Assembly: GCA_964342695.1 (NCBI GenBank)
Contig: CAYFFV010000004.1
Span: forward strand, 33,402-97,401
Direction of reading: 5' to 3'
Length of the DNA: 64,000 nt
From: an uncultured Vicinamibacteraceae bacterium
GTDB lineage: Bacteria; Acidobacteriota; Vicinamibacteria; Vicinamibacterales; UBA8438
How positions within the stretch are numbered: position 1 is the stretch's first letter; each line of letters begins with the position of its first letter. Under the pieces are notes generated by a model. The model made no database searches. It had not been told where the DNA came from and worked only from the letters and a program-made list of their open reading frames with translations. Made by a program: the position numbers and the translations under genes. Below are positions 1 through 9,270 of this stretch, piece by piece.

Positions 1-100
1 TACAAGAATCTTTAATTCAACACTTCGTTCTTCAAAAGATGATAAATTCAAAGAAAGAATGAATGAACTAAGTAATAGAGTTTTAAGTACCATATTCTAA
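1..100 (+). CDS. Possible 3' end of an AT-rich ORF entering from the left edge (…TRIFNSTLRSSKDDKFKERMNELSNRVLSTIF*)
   Basis: Frame 2 is open from position 2 to TAA at 98-100; the region is much more AT-rich than the rest of the window; no recognisable motif. Confidence 0.3.
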   Translation, partial: TRIFNSTLRSSKDDKFKERMNELSNRVLSTIF

Positions 101-256
101 ATTTACAATTTCCATTTTTAATTCATGCAACTTAATACAGCTTTATAGGATTTGACTTATTTAGATGCTTATTGAGGCAGATAAATTTGGGGAGTGGGTG
201 GTTCCAATTCTTAACCATAAGCTCCACCCTCGAGTACAGACCCAACCCATAGTTAT

Positions 257-1318
257 TTAATATTTTCCAAACATTTTCTGAATAGCGACCCCTTCTCTTG
301 TAACAGTTAGTGCTAGCATCAGTAATATTCTCGATTTAATAGGAGAAAGATCTTCTGCTGCAATTCGAAGTGTACTGTTAACTTCAACGCTATTTAACTT
401 GGTTATGTTCCTGCTGAGAGCGACGTGGCCACCACCGGTTCGGCTGGCAATAACTACCGGGACACCCTTTTTCATTACTTGATCAATTGCGTTTCTTTGG
501 CTTGGACTCATCGCCCCTGCGCCCGAGGCTGCAAGAACTATTCCCGCAGCACCTGCGTCAACAGCGGCCAGAATCAGATCACCAGGAGCATCTTGATACG
601 AAAGCAGAGTATCTACGCGAGGAAGTGTTTCTGTTTTTGAGATGTCAAATTCTGTCTGAACAGTGTGTTTTCGACTCGTTTGACGATAGTAAACAATCCG
701 GTCGAAGTTGATGGCTCCAAGTATTCCGTATCCTCTGCTTTGAAATGCGTCAAGTTGCTGAGCGTGGCCTTTCGTGACTTCACGCGCTGAATTAATTTCA
801 GAATTCAGGACTACCAGCACACCTCGTCCGATTGAACTTGGGTCAGCGGCGACGCGAAAAGCTTGTAGAAGATTCGCGGATCCATCGTAACCTTCCGCAG
901 TCGGTGGACGCATAGCCCCAACAACAACTACAGGCCGTTGATATTTAACAGTTAAGTTAAGGAAATAAGCGATCTCTTCAAGTGTATCGGTTCCGCTAGA
1001 TACAACGATGCCAGAGAGGTCTGTGCGGTCTCGAAATAGCTGGTTAATTCGGCGAGAAAGTGAAATCCAATCTCGAGTGGTCAGGTCACTGCTTTGCAGA
1101 TTTAAGAATTGCTCCGTTTCTGCCTGAACATAAAGCGGCAATGAAGATACTGAACCAACTAATTCTTGAGCCGTGATTCGATTATTTGGTCCTTTGGCTA
1201 TCGTGCCACCAGTAGCAAGCAAACGCACCTTTGGTAAAGCATCAATTTGCGCCGTTGCCTCAGTTTCACAGACAACTAGACTGATAAAAACGAGCAGAGT
1301 AATCCGGTAAATCAACAT
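257..1318 (-). CDS. ansB: L-asparaginase, type II (secreted)
   Basis: ATGGTIA and (S)GTDTLEE catalytic Thr motifs, GAMRP motif, N-terminal signal peptide. Confidence 0.9.
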   Translation of the reverse strand: MLIYRITLLVFISLVVCETEATAQIDALPKVRLLATGGTIAKGPNNRITAQELVGSVSSLPLYVQAETEQFLNLQSSDLTTRDWISLSRRINQLFRDRTDLSGIVVSSGTDTLEEIAYFLNLTVKYQRPVVVVGAMRPPTAEGYDGSANLLQAFRVAADPSSIGRGVLVVLNSEINSAREVTKGHAQQLDAFQSRGYGILGAINFDRIVYYRQTSRKHTVQTEFDISKTETLPRVDTLLSYQDAPGDLILAAVDAGAAGIVLAASGAGAMSPSQRNAIDQVMKKGVPVVIASRTGGGHVALSRNITKLNSVEVNSTLRIAAEDLSPIKSRILLMLALTVTREGVAIQKMFGKY

Positions 1319-1345
1319 GCTCAGATTCCTTAGATGAAGAGCTTA

Positions 1346-1561
1346 CTATACTGGATTTGTGGCCACTCGATGAGCCTGAGAAAGCCAATGGACTAAGTGT
1401 TGTACGGCTTCATTTGGTGTGCGGCCATAGAAGGGCATTAGGGCAGTAGGCCCGTCGGTCGTGGGCACAAGATATGCTCTCCAACGTTCAGGTGTAATAG
1501 AAAACACCTCAATCTGATAAGTGTAACCGCGGATGGTTTCTTCGAAACGATGTAATTTCAC
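1346..1561 (-). CDS. Small hypothetical protein with HicB-like W-x-A…G-x-T-x-x-E-A motif
   Basis: 71-aa ORF with GTG start; motif spacing shared with 8977..9159. Confidence 0.7.
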   Translation of the reverse strand: MKLHRFEETIRGYTYQIEVFSITPERWRAYLVPTTDGPTALMPFYGRTPNEAVQHLVHWLSQAHRVATNPV

Positions 1562-1668
1562 AAGAAAAGCACTTTTAGAGATTCCTAATTAAAGTTAAAT
1601 GACCGCGGAATTTTATCTCGATAAAAAAAAACGTCAAGCGAAGGCAAAGACGAAGGTTCCATTAACAG

Positions 1669-1769
1669 TGTGTATTTTTGTCAAAAGCGTTGAGCAAATA
1701 GTGTTGAAGAAAAAATAAATTCTTTACGTATCCACAGTCAATTCACATTATTTCCACAATTTTTCCACA
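1669..1769. promoter_or_regulatory. Cluster of DnaA-box-like 9-mers (oriC/DARS/datA-like candidate)
   Basis: GTATCCACA (1728), CAATTCACA (1739), ATTTCCACA (1750), TTTTCCACA (1761) at exact 11-bp period; degenerate reverse copies TGTGTATTT (1669), TGAGCAAAT (1691), TGTTGAAGA (1702); AT-rich spacer between the two arrays. Confidence 0.65.
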
Positions 1770-1837
1770 GACTTCACTTAGAGGTCTCTTGACGATCATC
1801 CGTCCAAGCACTAGTCTGAGATTTAAATGAGGTCTAA

Positions 1838-3223
1838 TTGATGAACGTGCTTCAAAGAGTCTCCATAAACTTAATCGGCCTGCTCTTGTTTTCACCTCTG
1901 ATAGGTTTTCTAAATGCGGAAAACATCACTCTTCCGCTCCACAGAATATTTCTTCAGGGGGGAACGCACTTGGTGATTGTCAGTGACTATGTGCGCATTG
2001 GTGACAAAGTTGTGTTTGCTGTTCCATTCAGCACGGTTCCTAATGACACTAATCCGCAACTTGTGAGTCTGCCGGAAGCATTTGTCGATTGGACCACGAC
2101 GCAACGTTATACAGATGCTGTTCGGGCTTCACTTTTTACGGCAACCCGAGGCGAACAGGAATATCAAGCAATAAACGCTCAGGTCGCTCGAGTTTTAAAT
2201 GAGATTGCGGTTACTAATAATTCAGACTTGCGACTCTCTCTTGCCCGTGATGTCAGAAAGCAATTGTTAGATTGGACGGCGACTAGTTATGGATATAGGT
2301 CTTCGGACGTTCGAGAAATTTTGGCTTTGCTTGAAGAGGCTATTGTTTTGGAATCAGGCTCTAGTTATAAGTTAGATTTGGTGGCAGGGACCAGTCGGAC
2401 AGATATGGTTCCGTTGTTACCTCCGCCAAATATAAAGGACATTCTTGAAAAAGCACTTTTAGTGTCAGAACTGACAGACGTGCCTGCGGAGAAGCTATCT
2501 ATTCTGCGTGCGATTTTATATGAGGTTAACGAGAACAGACACTCTAATAAATTTGATGTGGGATGGAGGGAAAGTTTTCATAAAAAGGTGGAGAAGCGTC
2601 TTTCTCAGGAAATGGATATAGAAAGATTCTATGCATCATTGAAAATAGAATCTCTTCGGCGAGCATCTAATTATGCGAAAAATGCAGATGTACGAAATGT
2701 GCAAATGGTTCTAGATGAGGTAATTCGGACTGATAGAGAATTCGGGGGGCAACGTCCAGTTGAGGTTTTAGCACTATCAAGGAGAATTGAAGAATATCTT
2801 ACTGAGGCGCGTCATATCCGGTTAGAAAATGACAGTTGGAAGTTTAAGGTGACTACTTTTCGAACTTATAACAGTGAATTACAGTATTTGATTGATAATT
2901 TCTTGGATTTACGACCTCTTATAGAAGACATTCGTGTTTTAGCAGGTCCAGAGGTGAGTGTTCTTCCAGAAGTTGGGGATCAGTTGAGTGTGGCAACAGA
3001 TATTCTCTCTAGATATGACCCTGCTGATGAGGTTAAATCAGTTCACGATCTCATTCGAAAGGCATTTACATTGGCGACCAGTGCGGCTCATGGACGGCTT
3101 GAAGCAGTGCGTGACGTCGATTTGGCAACTGCTTGGGATTCTGCGGCTGCGGCGGCAGGTGCGATCATGTTCTTTGACCTTGCGATGAGTGAATTAAATC
3201 AAGTGATTACCGAACCGCTTTAA
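1838..3223 (+). CDS. Hypothetical secreted, largely alpha-helical protein
   Basis: 461-aa ORF with hydrophobic N-terminal signal-like segment; no recognised catalytic motif. Confidence 0.8.
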   Translation: MMNVLQRVSINLIGLLLFSPLIGFLNAENITLPLHRIFLQGGTHLVIVSDYVRIGDKVVFAVPFSTVPNDTNPQLVSLPEAFVDWTTTQRYTDAVRASLFTATRGEQEYQAINAQVARVLNEIAVTNNSDLRLSLARDVRKQLLDWTATSYGYRSSDVREILALLEEAIVLESGSSYKLDLVAGTSRTDMVPLLPPPNIKDILEKALLVSELTDVPAEKLSILRAILYEVNENRHSNKFDVGWRESFHKKVEKRLSQEMDIERFYASLKIESLRRASNYAKNADVRNVQMVLDEVIRTDREFGGQRPVEVLALSRRIEEYLTEARHIRLENDSWKFKVTTFRTYNSELQYLIDNFLDLRPLIEDIRVLAGPEVSVLPEVGDQLSVATDILSRYDPADEVKSVHDLIRKAFTLATSAAHGRLEAVRDVDLATAWDSAAAAAGAIMFFDLAMSELNQVITEPL

Positions 3224-3269
3224 GCTTAAGTGGTGCTAGAGTTATCAGAGGATTTGTCTGGCGCACTTA

Positions 3270-6254
3270 GTGCCGGTGGAGCTTTTGTTGAATAAGGATT
3301 TAACTGTAAAAAGTGTTCCAGAAATTACTCCACGGTTGACTCGGCTTTTCCGAGTTTCGAATCTCCAATCCTTCCAGAATACCATTGCTGATTTACTAGT
3401 GTCTCTTAGTCCATCAACAACTAACGACACGGTAGTTCTTGTCCCAACAAGTGCCGCAGGGGTCCAGTTAAGTCGGACAATCCAAGTAACTAAGTTTAAG
3501 AGAGAAACAAAAAAACAAGATTTAAAACTACCAGAATTTTTGAGCCGCAGTGATTGGTATCTGGCAATGTTGAATCGTCTTGTGCCTACGGAAAAACTTT
3601 TATCAGATATTGAACGGAATGTTTGTATGTGGGCAGCTATTCGCACGGCTGGAGAATCAGAGATTCTTCCGCCCTTCAAAGTAAGGCCAGGTCTCTTGCC
3701 TGCCGTCGTAGCTTTCTATGACCAATTGATGCGTTTAGGTCGCTCGATAGACAGTTTTCATCGATTAATGGTCACAGAACTTGAGCCTAACGCTGGTTTT
3801 GATAGAGGTGCGAGTAGTCTTTTGCGGCAGACTCATTTTCTTTCAAGCGCTTTTCGTAATTTCAAAGATCAAATCTCAAAAATCAAGAAGCTGGACGAAC
3901 ACGAATTACGCGCGAAGTTGCTGAAAGGACAAATGGTTCCTCCGTTTGAACGAGTTATTGTTACGATTTCTGATCATGTTGCGGAGCCGGATGGTCTGTG
4001 GCCAACAGACTTCGATCTGCTAACAAGATTACCTGGCATTAAGAACATTGATGTCATTGCAACAGATGAAGTCTTAGACGCAGGTTTTTACGAACGGTTG
4101 TATGATCTGCTTCCTGGAATAGAAAGTCGGAATCTGGTAGATAACCGTCACGCTGTTCCTGTGCTAATCAGTCCTGAGTCAACAGATCAGAATTATTTCG
4201 TATGCCGTGATCGTGAGGAAGAATTATTACTGGTCGCAAGAGCAGTTAAATCAGGCAGTAGTCGGTTGAAATTTGCTCAAAAGAGTGTTCTTTTTCAGGT
4301 TCCTCTTCCATATTTATATTTAGCTCGTCAAGTGTTTGATCAAGCTGAGATTCCTTTTGAGATGAAAGATTCTCTACCGCTTGCTGCCGAATCGTACGCG
4401 GCGAACCTAGATCTTATTTTTGACTTTATTCTCTCTAATTACAGCCGTCCAGCATTGATCGGATTGTTAAGGTCGCCGTATTTTAATTTTTCATTAGATA
4501 GTCACATAATCGACAAAAACATTGTTGAAAAATTTGATCGAGCTTTATACAAAGAGCGTTATAGTGGCGGACACGCTGCGCTCTCTCAAATGGTGGTAAA
4601 GTGGAATTTGAAAGTCGCACACCCTTCTAGCAGTAGTTATAGAGATCCAGAGCTTATATCCGTTCTAGAGATCGTTGAAGCGTTAGCCGCTGATTTTGAG
4701 CGGTTAAGAGTTCAGGAGCATCCTTCAAAGATTATTAAGGGTATCACTGATTTTCTTTCGAAATACGAGGCCGGTAAGGTCGAAGACGTTCTGGCTGATG
4801 AGCGTGAACAAAGGGCGAAAATTCGAATTCGTGAAATATTGGAGGCCTTGTACTGCGCTCACAAAACCCTTGATGATACACCGGTGGATTGTAAAACGTT
4901 GTTTATGTCAGTGCGGAGGTGGATAGAAACGGAAATGTTTCTCTCTCGAGATGTTATTGAGGGTATTCAGCTACTTGATGCACGGGCGGCCAGGTATGGA
5001 AGATTTAATGAGATGTTTTTAGTTGGTTTGGTAAGTGATGAATGGCCTGAACGGATTGCTAGGTCAGTATTCTACCCGAATGCTCTTTTAGTTTCATTAG
5101 GTTGGCCTCGCGCCGCTGAGCGGGTGAGGGCCGCACGAGCGCGTTTTATGGATTTACTACGACTGCCCACGGAAAGAGTTCTAGTCACGACATTTTCTCT
5201 AGAAGACGATTCGATTACTGCCCCGTCGATATTCTTAGAACAACTTGAAAATTCTGATCTAGAAATAGTGCGAGAAGATATCGATCGAGATAAACCCGTT
5301 ACTTTCGAGGAGATACTGGTTAACCCAAAGAATGACTTGGATGATTTTATCGGCGAGCGAGGTAGTTGGCTAGATCTTAGGAGACGACTACCAGATCGGA
5401 ATGATAGTTATCGAGGTGTTGTGGGAAGCAGTAAGGCGCAATCACATTCAGTAAGTGATTTTCAGACTTACATCGATTGTCCGTTTAAATATTTTTCAAG
5501 GCGGGAACTTGCTTTAAAAGAGGAAACTTCCGAGGAACTAGGTGTTACGGCTCGGTTTCAGGGCGATCTATTACACAGTGTTCTAGAAAAGTTTTTTTGT
5601 AAGTGGCAAGCAAAAGGGAATCAGGTCCTTACACAGGCTAATCGAACTGAAGCAGTTTCTGTGTTTTCAACGATTGTGGAGGAAAGTATTAAACAATTAT
5701 CGATTGGCGAACGCGCGGTCATGCGAACTTGGTTTCTTGGTTCTGCGGGTGCATCCGGAATTATTGATCGCTTGTATCTTTCTGAAAGCGACACTGCTTT
5801 CAAGATTATTCAGAGATCCTGTGAACATATCGTTAGTGGAGATTTTGTTTTACAGGGTAAAGCTCAAACTAAGGAAGCGCGACTGAGGGGAAAAATTGAC
5901 AGGCTGGATTTCTTATCCGATGGTAGTTTAAGGATTATTGATTACAAGCTCAATAGAGCTCCAGACAGAAAACATAATGTGCAGCTTCCTCTTTATTCCA
6001 AGTGCATCGAGCAACAATTTAAGCGCGATGAGGGCAAGGAGTGTCGAGTTAAGGAGGCTGCTTATATTGAATTTGGTACGCTGAATTCTTACCGGCCCCT
6101 CAAATCGCAGGATCTTGTAGCAGGAGAGGTGCGAGCGATTGAAATCCTTGATGATATTACTCAAGGAGTTTTTCCTATACAACCTATCAATCGTCGACGG
6201 TGCAACACTTGTTCGTATTCGACCGTGTGTCGTAAAGAGTTTCGAGGAGATTAG
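3270..6254 (+). CDS. addB: AddB/RexB-like subunit with C-terminal PD-(D/E)XK nuclease and 4Fe-4S cluster
   Basis: CPFKYF…GKIDRLD…IIDYK…CNTCSYSTVC nuclease/Fe-S staple; inactive helicase-like body (DREEE); directly upstream of a UvrD-type helicase; exact start uncertain. Confidence 0.85.
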   Translation: MPVELLLNKDLTVKSVPEITPRLTRLFRVSNLQSFQNTIADLLVSLSPSTTNDTVVLVPTSAAGVQLSRTIQVTKFKRETKKQDLKLPEFLSRSDWYLAMLNRLVPTEKLLSDIERNVCMWAAIRTAGESEILPPFKVRPGLLPAVVAFYDQLMRLGRSIDSFHRLMVTELEPNAGFDRGASSLLRQTHFLSSAFRNFKDQISKIKKLDEHELRAKLLKGQMVPPFERVIVTISDHVAEPDGLWPTDFDLLTRLPGIKNIDVIATDEVLDAGFYERLYDLLPGIESRNLVDNRHAVPVLISPESTDQNYFVCRDREEELLLVARAVKSGSSRLKFAQKSVLFQVPLPYLYLARQVFDQAEIPFEMKDSLPLAAESYAANLDLIFDFILSNYSRPALIGLLRSPYFNFSLDSHIIDKNIVEKFDRALYKERYSGGHAALSQMVVKWNLKVAHPSSSSYRDPELISVLEIVEALAADFERLRVQEHPSKIIKGITDFLSKYEAGKVEDVLADEREQRAKIRIREILEALYCAHKTLDDTPVDCKTLFMSVRRWIETEMFLSRDVIEGIQLLDARAARYGRFNEMFLVGLVSDEWPERIARSVFYPNALLVSLGWPRAAERVRAARARFMDLLRLPTERVLVTTFSLEDDSITAPSIFLEQLENSDLEIVREDIDRDKPVTFEEILVNPKNDLDDFIGERGSWLDLRRRLPDRNDSYRGVVGSSKAQSHSVSDFQTYIDCPFKYFSRRELALKEETSEELGVTARFQGDLLHSVLEKFFCKWQAKGNQVLTQANRTEAVSVFSTIVEESIKQLSIGERAVMRTWFLGSAGASGIIDRLYLSESDTAFKIIQRSCEHIVSGDFVLQGKAQTKEARLRGKIDRLDFLSDGSLRIIDYKLNRAPDRKHNVQLPLYSKCIEQQFKRDEGKECRVKEAAYIEFGTLNSYRPLKSQDLVAGEVRAIEILDDITQGVFPIQPINRRRCNTCSYSTVCRKEFRGD

Positions 6255-6262
6255 TAATTATT

Positions 6263-8932
6263 ATGGGCACTGATACGGATGCTCGAAGATTCGCAACGGA
6301 TCCTGCGCATAATGTGGTATTAGAAGCCTCTGCAGGGACAGGAAAGACCTCAGTTTTAGTCGCTCGATATCTGAATTTACTACGTGCCAATGTAGATCCA
6401 GCCAATATCTTAGCCATTACGTTCACACGGAAGGCTGCGGCTGAAATGCGTGCTCGTATCATTGAGGAGTTGCGGCGTGAGTCGCGTCAATCTGATGAAG
6501 GCCGGTCGAGATGGAACGGGCTTCGAGATCATCTCAATGAGGTGTCTATAAGTACCGTTGATGCTTTTTGCTTTTCTTTGCTGAGAGAGTTTCCCTTAGA
6601 GGCAGATCTAGATCCAGGTTTTTCAATCGCTGATGAAACAGAGGTACGGCGCTTACAGGGTGAGGCTATAAATCGAGCTTTGGTTACTGCGGGACAATTA
6701 GCAAATAAAGATGAGACTATAGCTATGCTGCTTGCGTGTCTTGGACCAACCTTCGCTCTTCAAGCTTTTGGTGATTTATTGGACCAAAGACTGATCGTGC
6801 CAAGAGTGCTACACAAATTTCTTGCGGGAACACCGCGCAACTTAAATGGAGCGAAGGCTTGTTGTAAGGCAGTCGATCGATTTAGCGATAGGTTTGAGTC
6901 TCTCAAACCGCAGCTTGAACAAATCGAACTTGAAACGTTAAGTAAAGATCCCGGAGCTTTAAGGGTAATAAGAGCCCTAGATGAAATTCCAGTGACCAAG
7001 AATTGTGACATCTCAGGGATAAGAGCTTGGCTCGATCGGATGCGCGATCTATTTTTGACTAAAGAGAATGGTCAACCAAGAAAGCGGTTTGTTCTCAACA
7101 AGGAAGCACCTAAGGATCTAAGACGTCAGTATAGAGACTTTGCTAGATTAGTAGCGCTAGAAGTAAAAAACGTTCTCGATGCTTTTGATCGCGATATCAA
7201 TGTTGTCATGGTTCAGGGTGTTCAACGAGTGTTTCACATTGTTTTAGAAGAGTATGAAGAAGCTCTTTCATCTCGAGCTTTATTAGATTTCACTGGTCTA
7301 CTAGAGCGGTCCGTTCGGTTGCTCGAGCAAATGGATGAGTTCTCTCGTTCACGATATCGGCTTGAGTCACGCTACCATCACGTATTGGTTGATGAATTTC
7401 AGGATACGAGTCGCATGCAATGGAAGTTGATCTCATTGTTAGTTCAATCTTGGGGTGAAGGCAGTGGGCTGGCGGATGACATTCCGGTGCCACCGACGAT
7501 CTTTGTTGTTGGTGATCGCAAGCAGTCAATTTATAAGTTTCGTAATGCAGATCTTTCCATATTTCGTGATGCTTCAAAGCAGATAGAAAACTTACGCAAT
7601 CAAGATAGGATTCATTCTGTTATTTCCGAGAGTTTTCGTGCGGTTCCAACATTGCTCAATTTCACCAATGATTTTTTCGGCGATATTGATAACGAGTCCA
7701 ATGATGAGGATTCATTTTCTTTTAAGGAGCACGATCGATTTCCATTAAAAACTTCATTGGAAACTGAAAAGTATTCTAATGCTCTTAATCTTGTGATGGC
7801 CGATAGTGTCGAGAATTGTGCAAATTCTGTTGCGGATGAGATCGTGGATCTTCTCAGTACTGGACAGGTTAAAAAGAAGGATGGGGGCTCTCGATCTATT
7901 CAAAAAAATGATATAGCGATTTTGTTTCGTTCGCGGGCTAGTCATCGTGAATTTGAGCGAGCATTGGAGTCACGCTCTGTGCCGACGTATGTTTATAAAG
8001 GTCTTGGATTTTTTGAAGCTAAAGAGATTAAGGATATAAGAGCGCTCATTAGATTTTTAGCGAACCCATCGTCAGAGTTGCGTGCGGCTGCGTTTTTAAG
8101 ATCTCGGTTCGTAAATTTTTCAGATACTGGGTTGTTGGTGCTTTCTCGTCAACTGTCCAAGGCTCTTACAGACCCTGACCCACTACCTGAGTTTCAGAGT
8201 CTATCAACGTCGGACAGGGGCATGTTAACTAAGTCTCGACAAGGCTTGGCGAGATGGCTCGAACTCGTCGATCGAGTTCCTCCAAGTGATGTCTTAGAAC
8301 GAGTGTTTAGAGAAACAGCATTTGCATATGAATTGCGAGGTCTTCACAGTGCTCAAGCGATTGCTAATGTTGGAAGAATGCGAGGCCTTATTCGCCGTAT
8401 CCAAAATCGTGGCTATGCGACGATGGGGCGATTAAGCGATCATATTGATCAGTTGTCATCTGAAATGTCAAATGCCGTTGTTGAGTCGATCGACGCCGTT
8501 AATCTTATGACGGTTCATGCAGCAAAAGGTTTGGAGTTTCCCGTGGTCTTCTTGGTAGATCTGGGTCGAGGTATTACTAGTCAGAGTAGCCGTATTCGGG
8601 TAATAACAGACCAAGGAGACGGTGAGCCATCGGTTGCGGTTGCGCCTTTCCGAGCAGAAGCTGATCACAATGAAAGACGACGAGAATCTGAAGAGACAAA
8701 GCGCTTGCTGTATGTTGCTGTAACGCGGGCATGCGATAGGCTTTATTTTTCAACGGTGATCAAGCGAGAAAAGCCTGTGTTTCTGAATAAAACGAGCTTG
8801 GGGAGCGCATTTCCTGAAAGTTTCAGCAAGATATTTTCGGACGAGAGCATGCGATCGGAGACTCAAGTTGTCGAGTGGAAAGGTCCCAGCGGACAGATGC
8901 ATCGTTTTAGAGTCTGTCATTCTAATTGCTAA
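6263..8932 (+). CDS. addA: AddA-like SF1A (UvrD/RecB family) helicase with no C-terminal nuclease domain
   Basis: ASAGTGKT Walker A, TFTRKAA, LVDEFQD, VGDRKQSIY, MTVHAAKGLEF, RLLYVAVTRA. Confidence 0.88.
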   Translation: MGTDTDARRFATDPAHNVVLEASAGTGKTSVLVARYLNLLRANVDPANILAITFTRKAAAEMRARIIEELRRESRQSDEGRSRWNGLRDHLNEVSISTVDAFCFSLLREFPLEADLDPGFSIADETEVRRLQGEAINRALVTAGQLANKDETIAMLLACLGPTFALQAFGDLLDQRLIVPRVLHKFLAGTPRNLNGAKACCKAVDRFSDRFESLKPQLEQIELETLSKDPGALRVIRALDEIPVTKNCDISGIRAWLDRMRDLFLTKENGQPRKRFVLNKEAPKDLRRQYRDFARLVALEVKNVLDAFDRDINVVMVQGVQRVFHIVLEEYEEALSSRALLDFTGLLERSVRLLEQMDEFSRSRYRLESRYHHVLVDEFQDTSRMQWKLISLLVQSWGEGSGLADDIPVPPTIFVVGDRKQSIYKFRNADLSIFRDASKQIENLRNQDRIHSVISESFRAVPTLLNFTNDFFGDIDNESNDEDSFSFKEHDRFPLKTSLETEKYSNALNLVMADSVENCANSVADEIVDLLSTGQVKKKDGGSRSIQKNDIAILFRSRASHREFERALESRSVPTYVYKGLGFFEAKEIKDIRALIRFLANPSSELRAAAFLRSRFVNFSDTGLLVLSRQLSKALTDPDPLPEFQSLSTSDRGMLTKSRQGLARWLELVDRVPPSDVLERVFRETAFAYELRGLHSAQAIANVGRMRGLIRRIQNRGYATMGRLSDHIDQLSSEMSNAVVESIDAVNLMTVHAAKGLEFPVVFLVDLGRGITSQSSRIRVITDQGDGEPSVAVAPFRAEADHNERRRESEETKRLLYVAVTRACDRLYFSTVIKREKPVFLNKTSLGSAFPESFSKIFSDESMRSETQVVEWKGPSGQMHRFRVCHSNC

Positions 8933-8976
8933 AAACTCAGAAAGGATAAAAAAATTTTCAGAAAAGATTGAGACGG

Positions 8977-9159
8977 TTATGTCTGTAGAAGATGGGGATC
9001 TTCGTTCAATCTTTCAGCCCACATGAGCGCGTGCTTTTCAGCTTCCTCTTGAGTTTTTCCAACAAGAATAACTGAGCCGGCTGGATTGGTAGAATTGTCT
9101 TTTGTTAGCCACGCGACCCAATGTCCACCGCTCGGCTCACTGTGTAAATCATATTTCAT
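8977..9159 (-). CDS. Small hypothetical protein with HicB-like motif
   Basis: 60-aa ORF, AAGGA-type RBS upstream; WVAWL…GKTQEEAEKH…W. Confidence 0.65.
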   Translation of the reverse strand: MKYDLHSEPSGGHWVAWLTKDNSTNPAGSVILVGKTQEEAEKHALMWAERLNEDPHLLQT

Positions 9160-9231
9160 AGTAATTCCTTACATATCCTACCTCAGACGGCGTGTTTAGG
9201 GCTATTCGGTGAGCTTAAGGCGTTCATCATC

Positions 9232-9261
9232 TTGACAATAAACGACTTCGGAACCTATGGT
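9232..9261 (+). promoter_or_regulatory. Sigma70-type promoter TTGACA-N18-TATGGT
   Basis: Consensus -35 at 9232-9237 and -10 at 9256-9261, 9 nt before the ATG at 9271. Confidence 0.5.
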
Positions 9262-9270
9262 AAAAGCATA

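Noticed and set aside
185-250. tRNA remnant or att site (GGTTCCAATTC resembles a T-loop)
   Set aside because: No cloverleaf, no proper TTCGA arm and no acceptor stem; at most a weak hairpin between convergent genes
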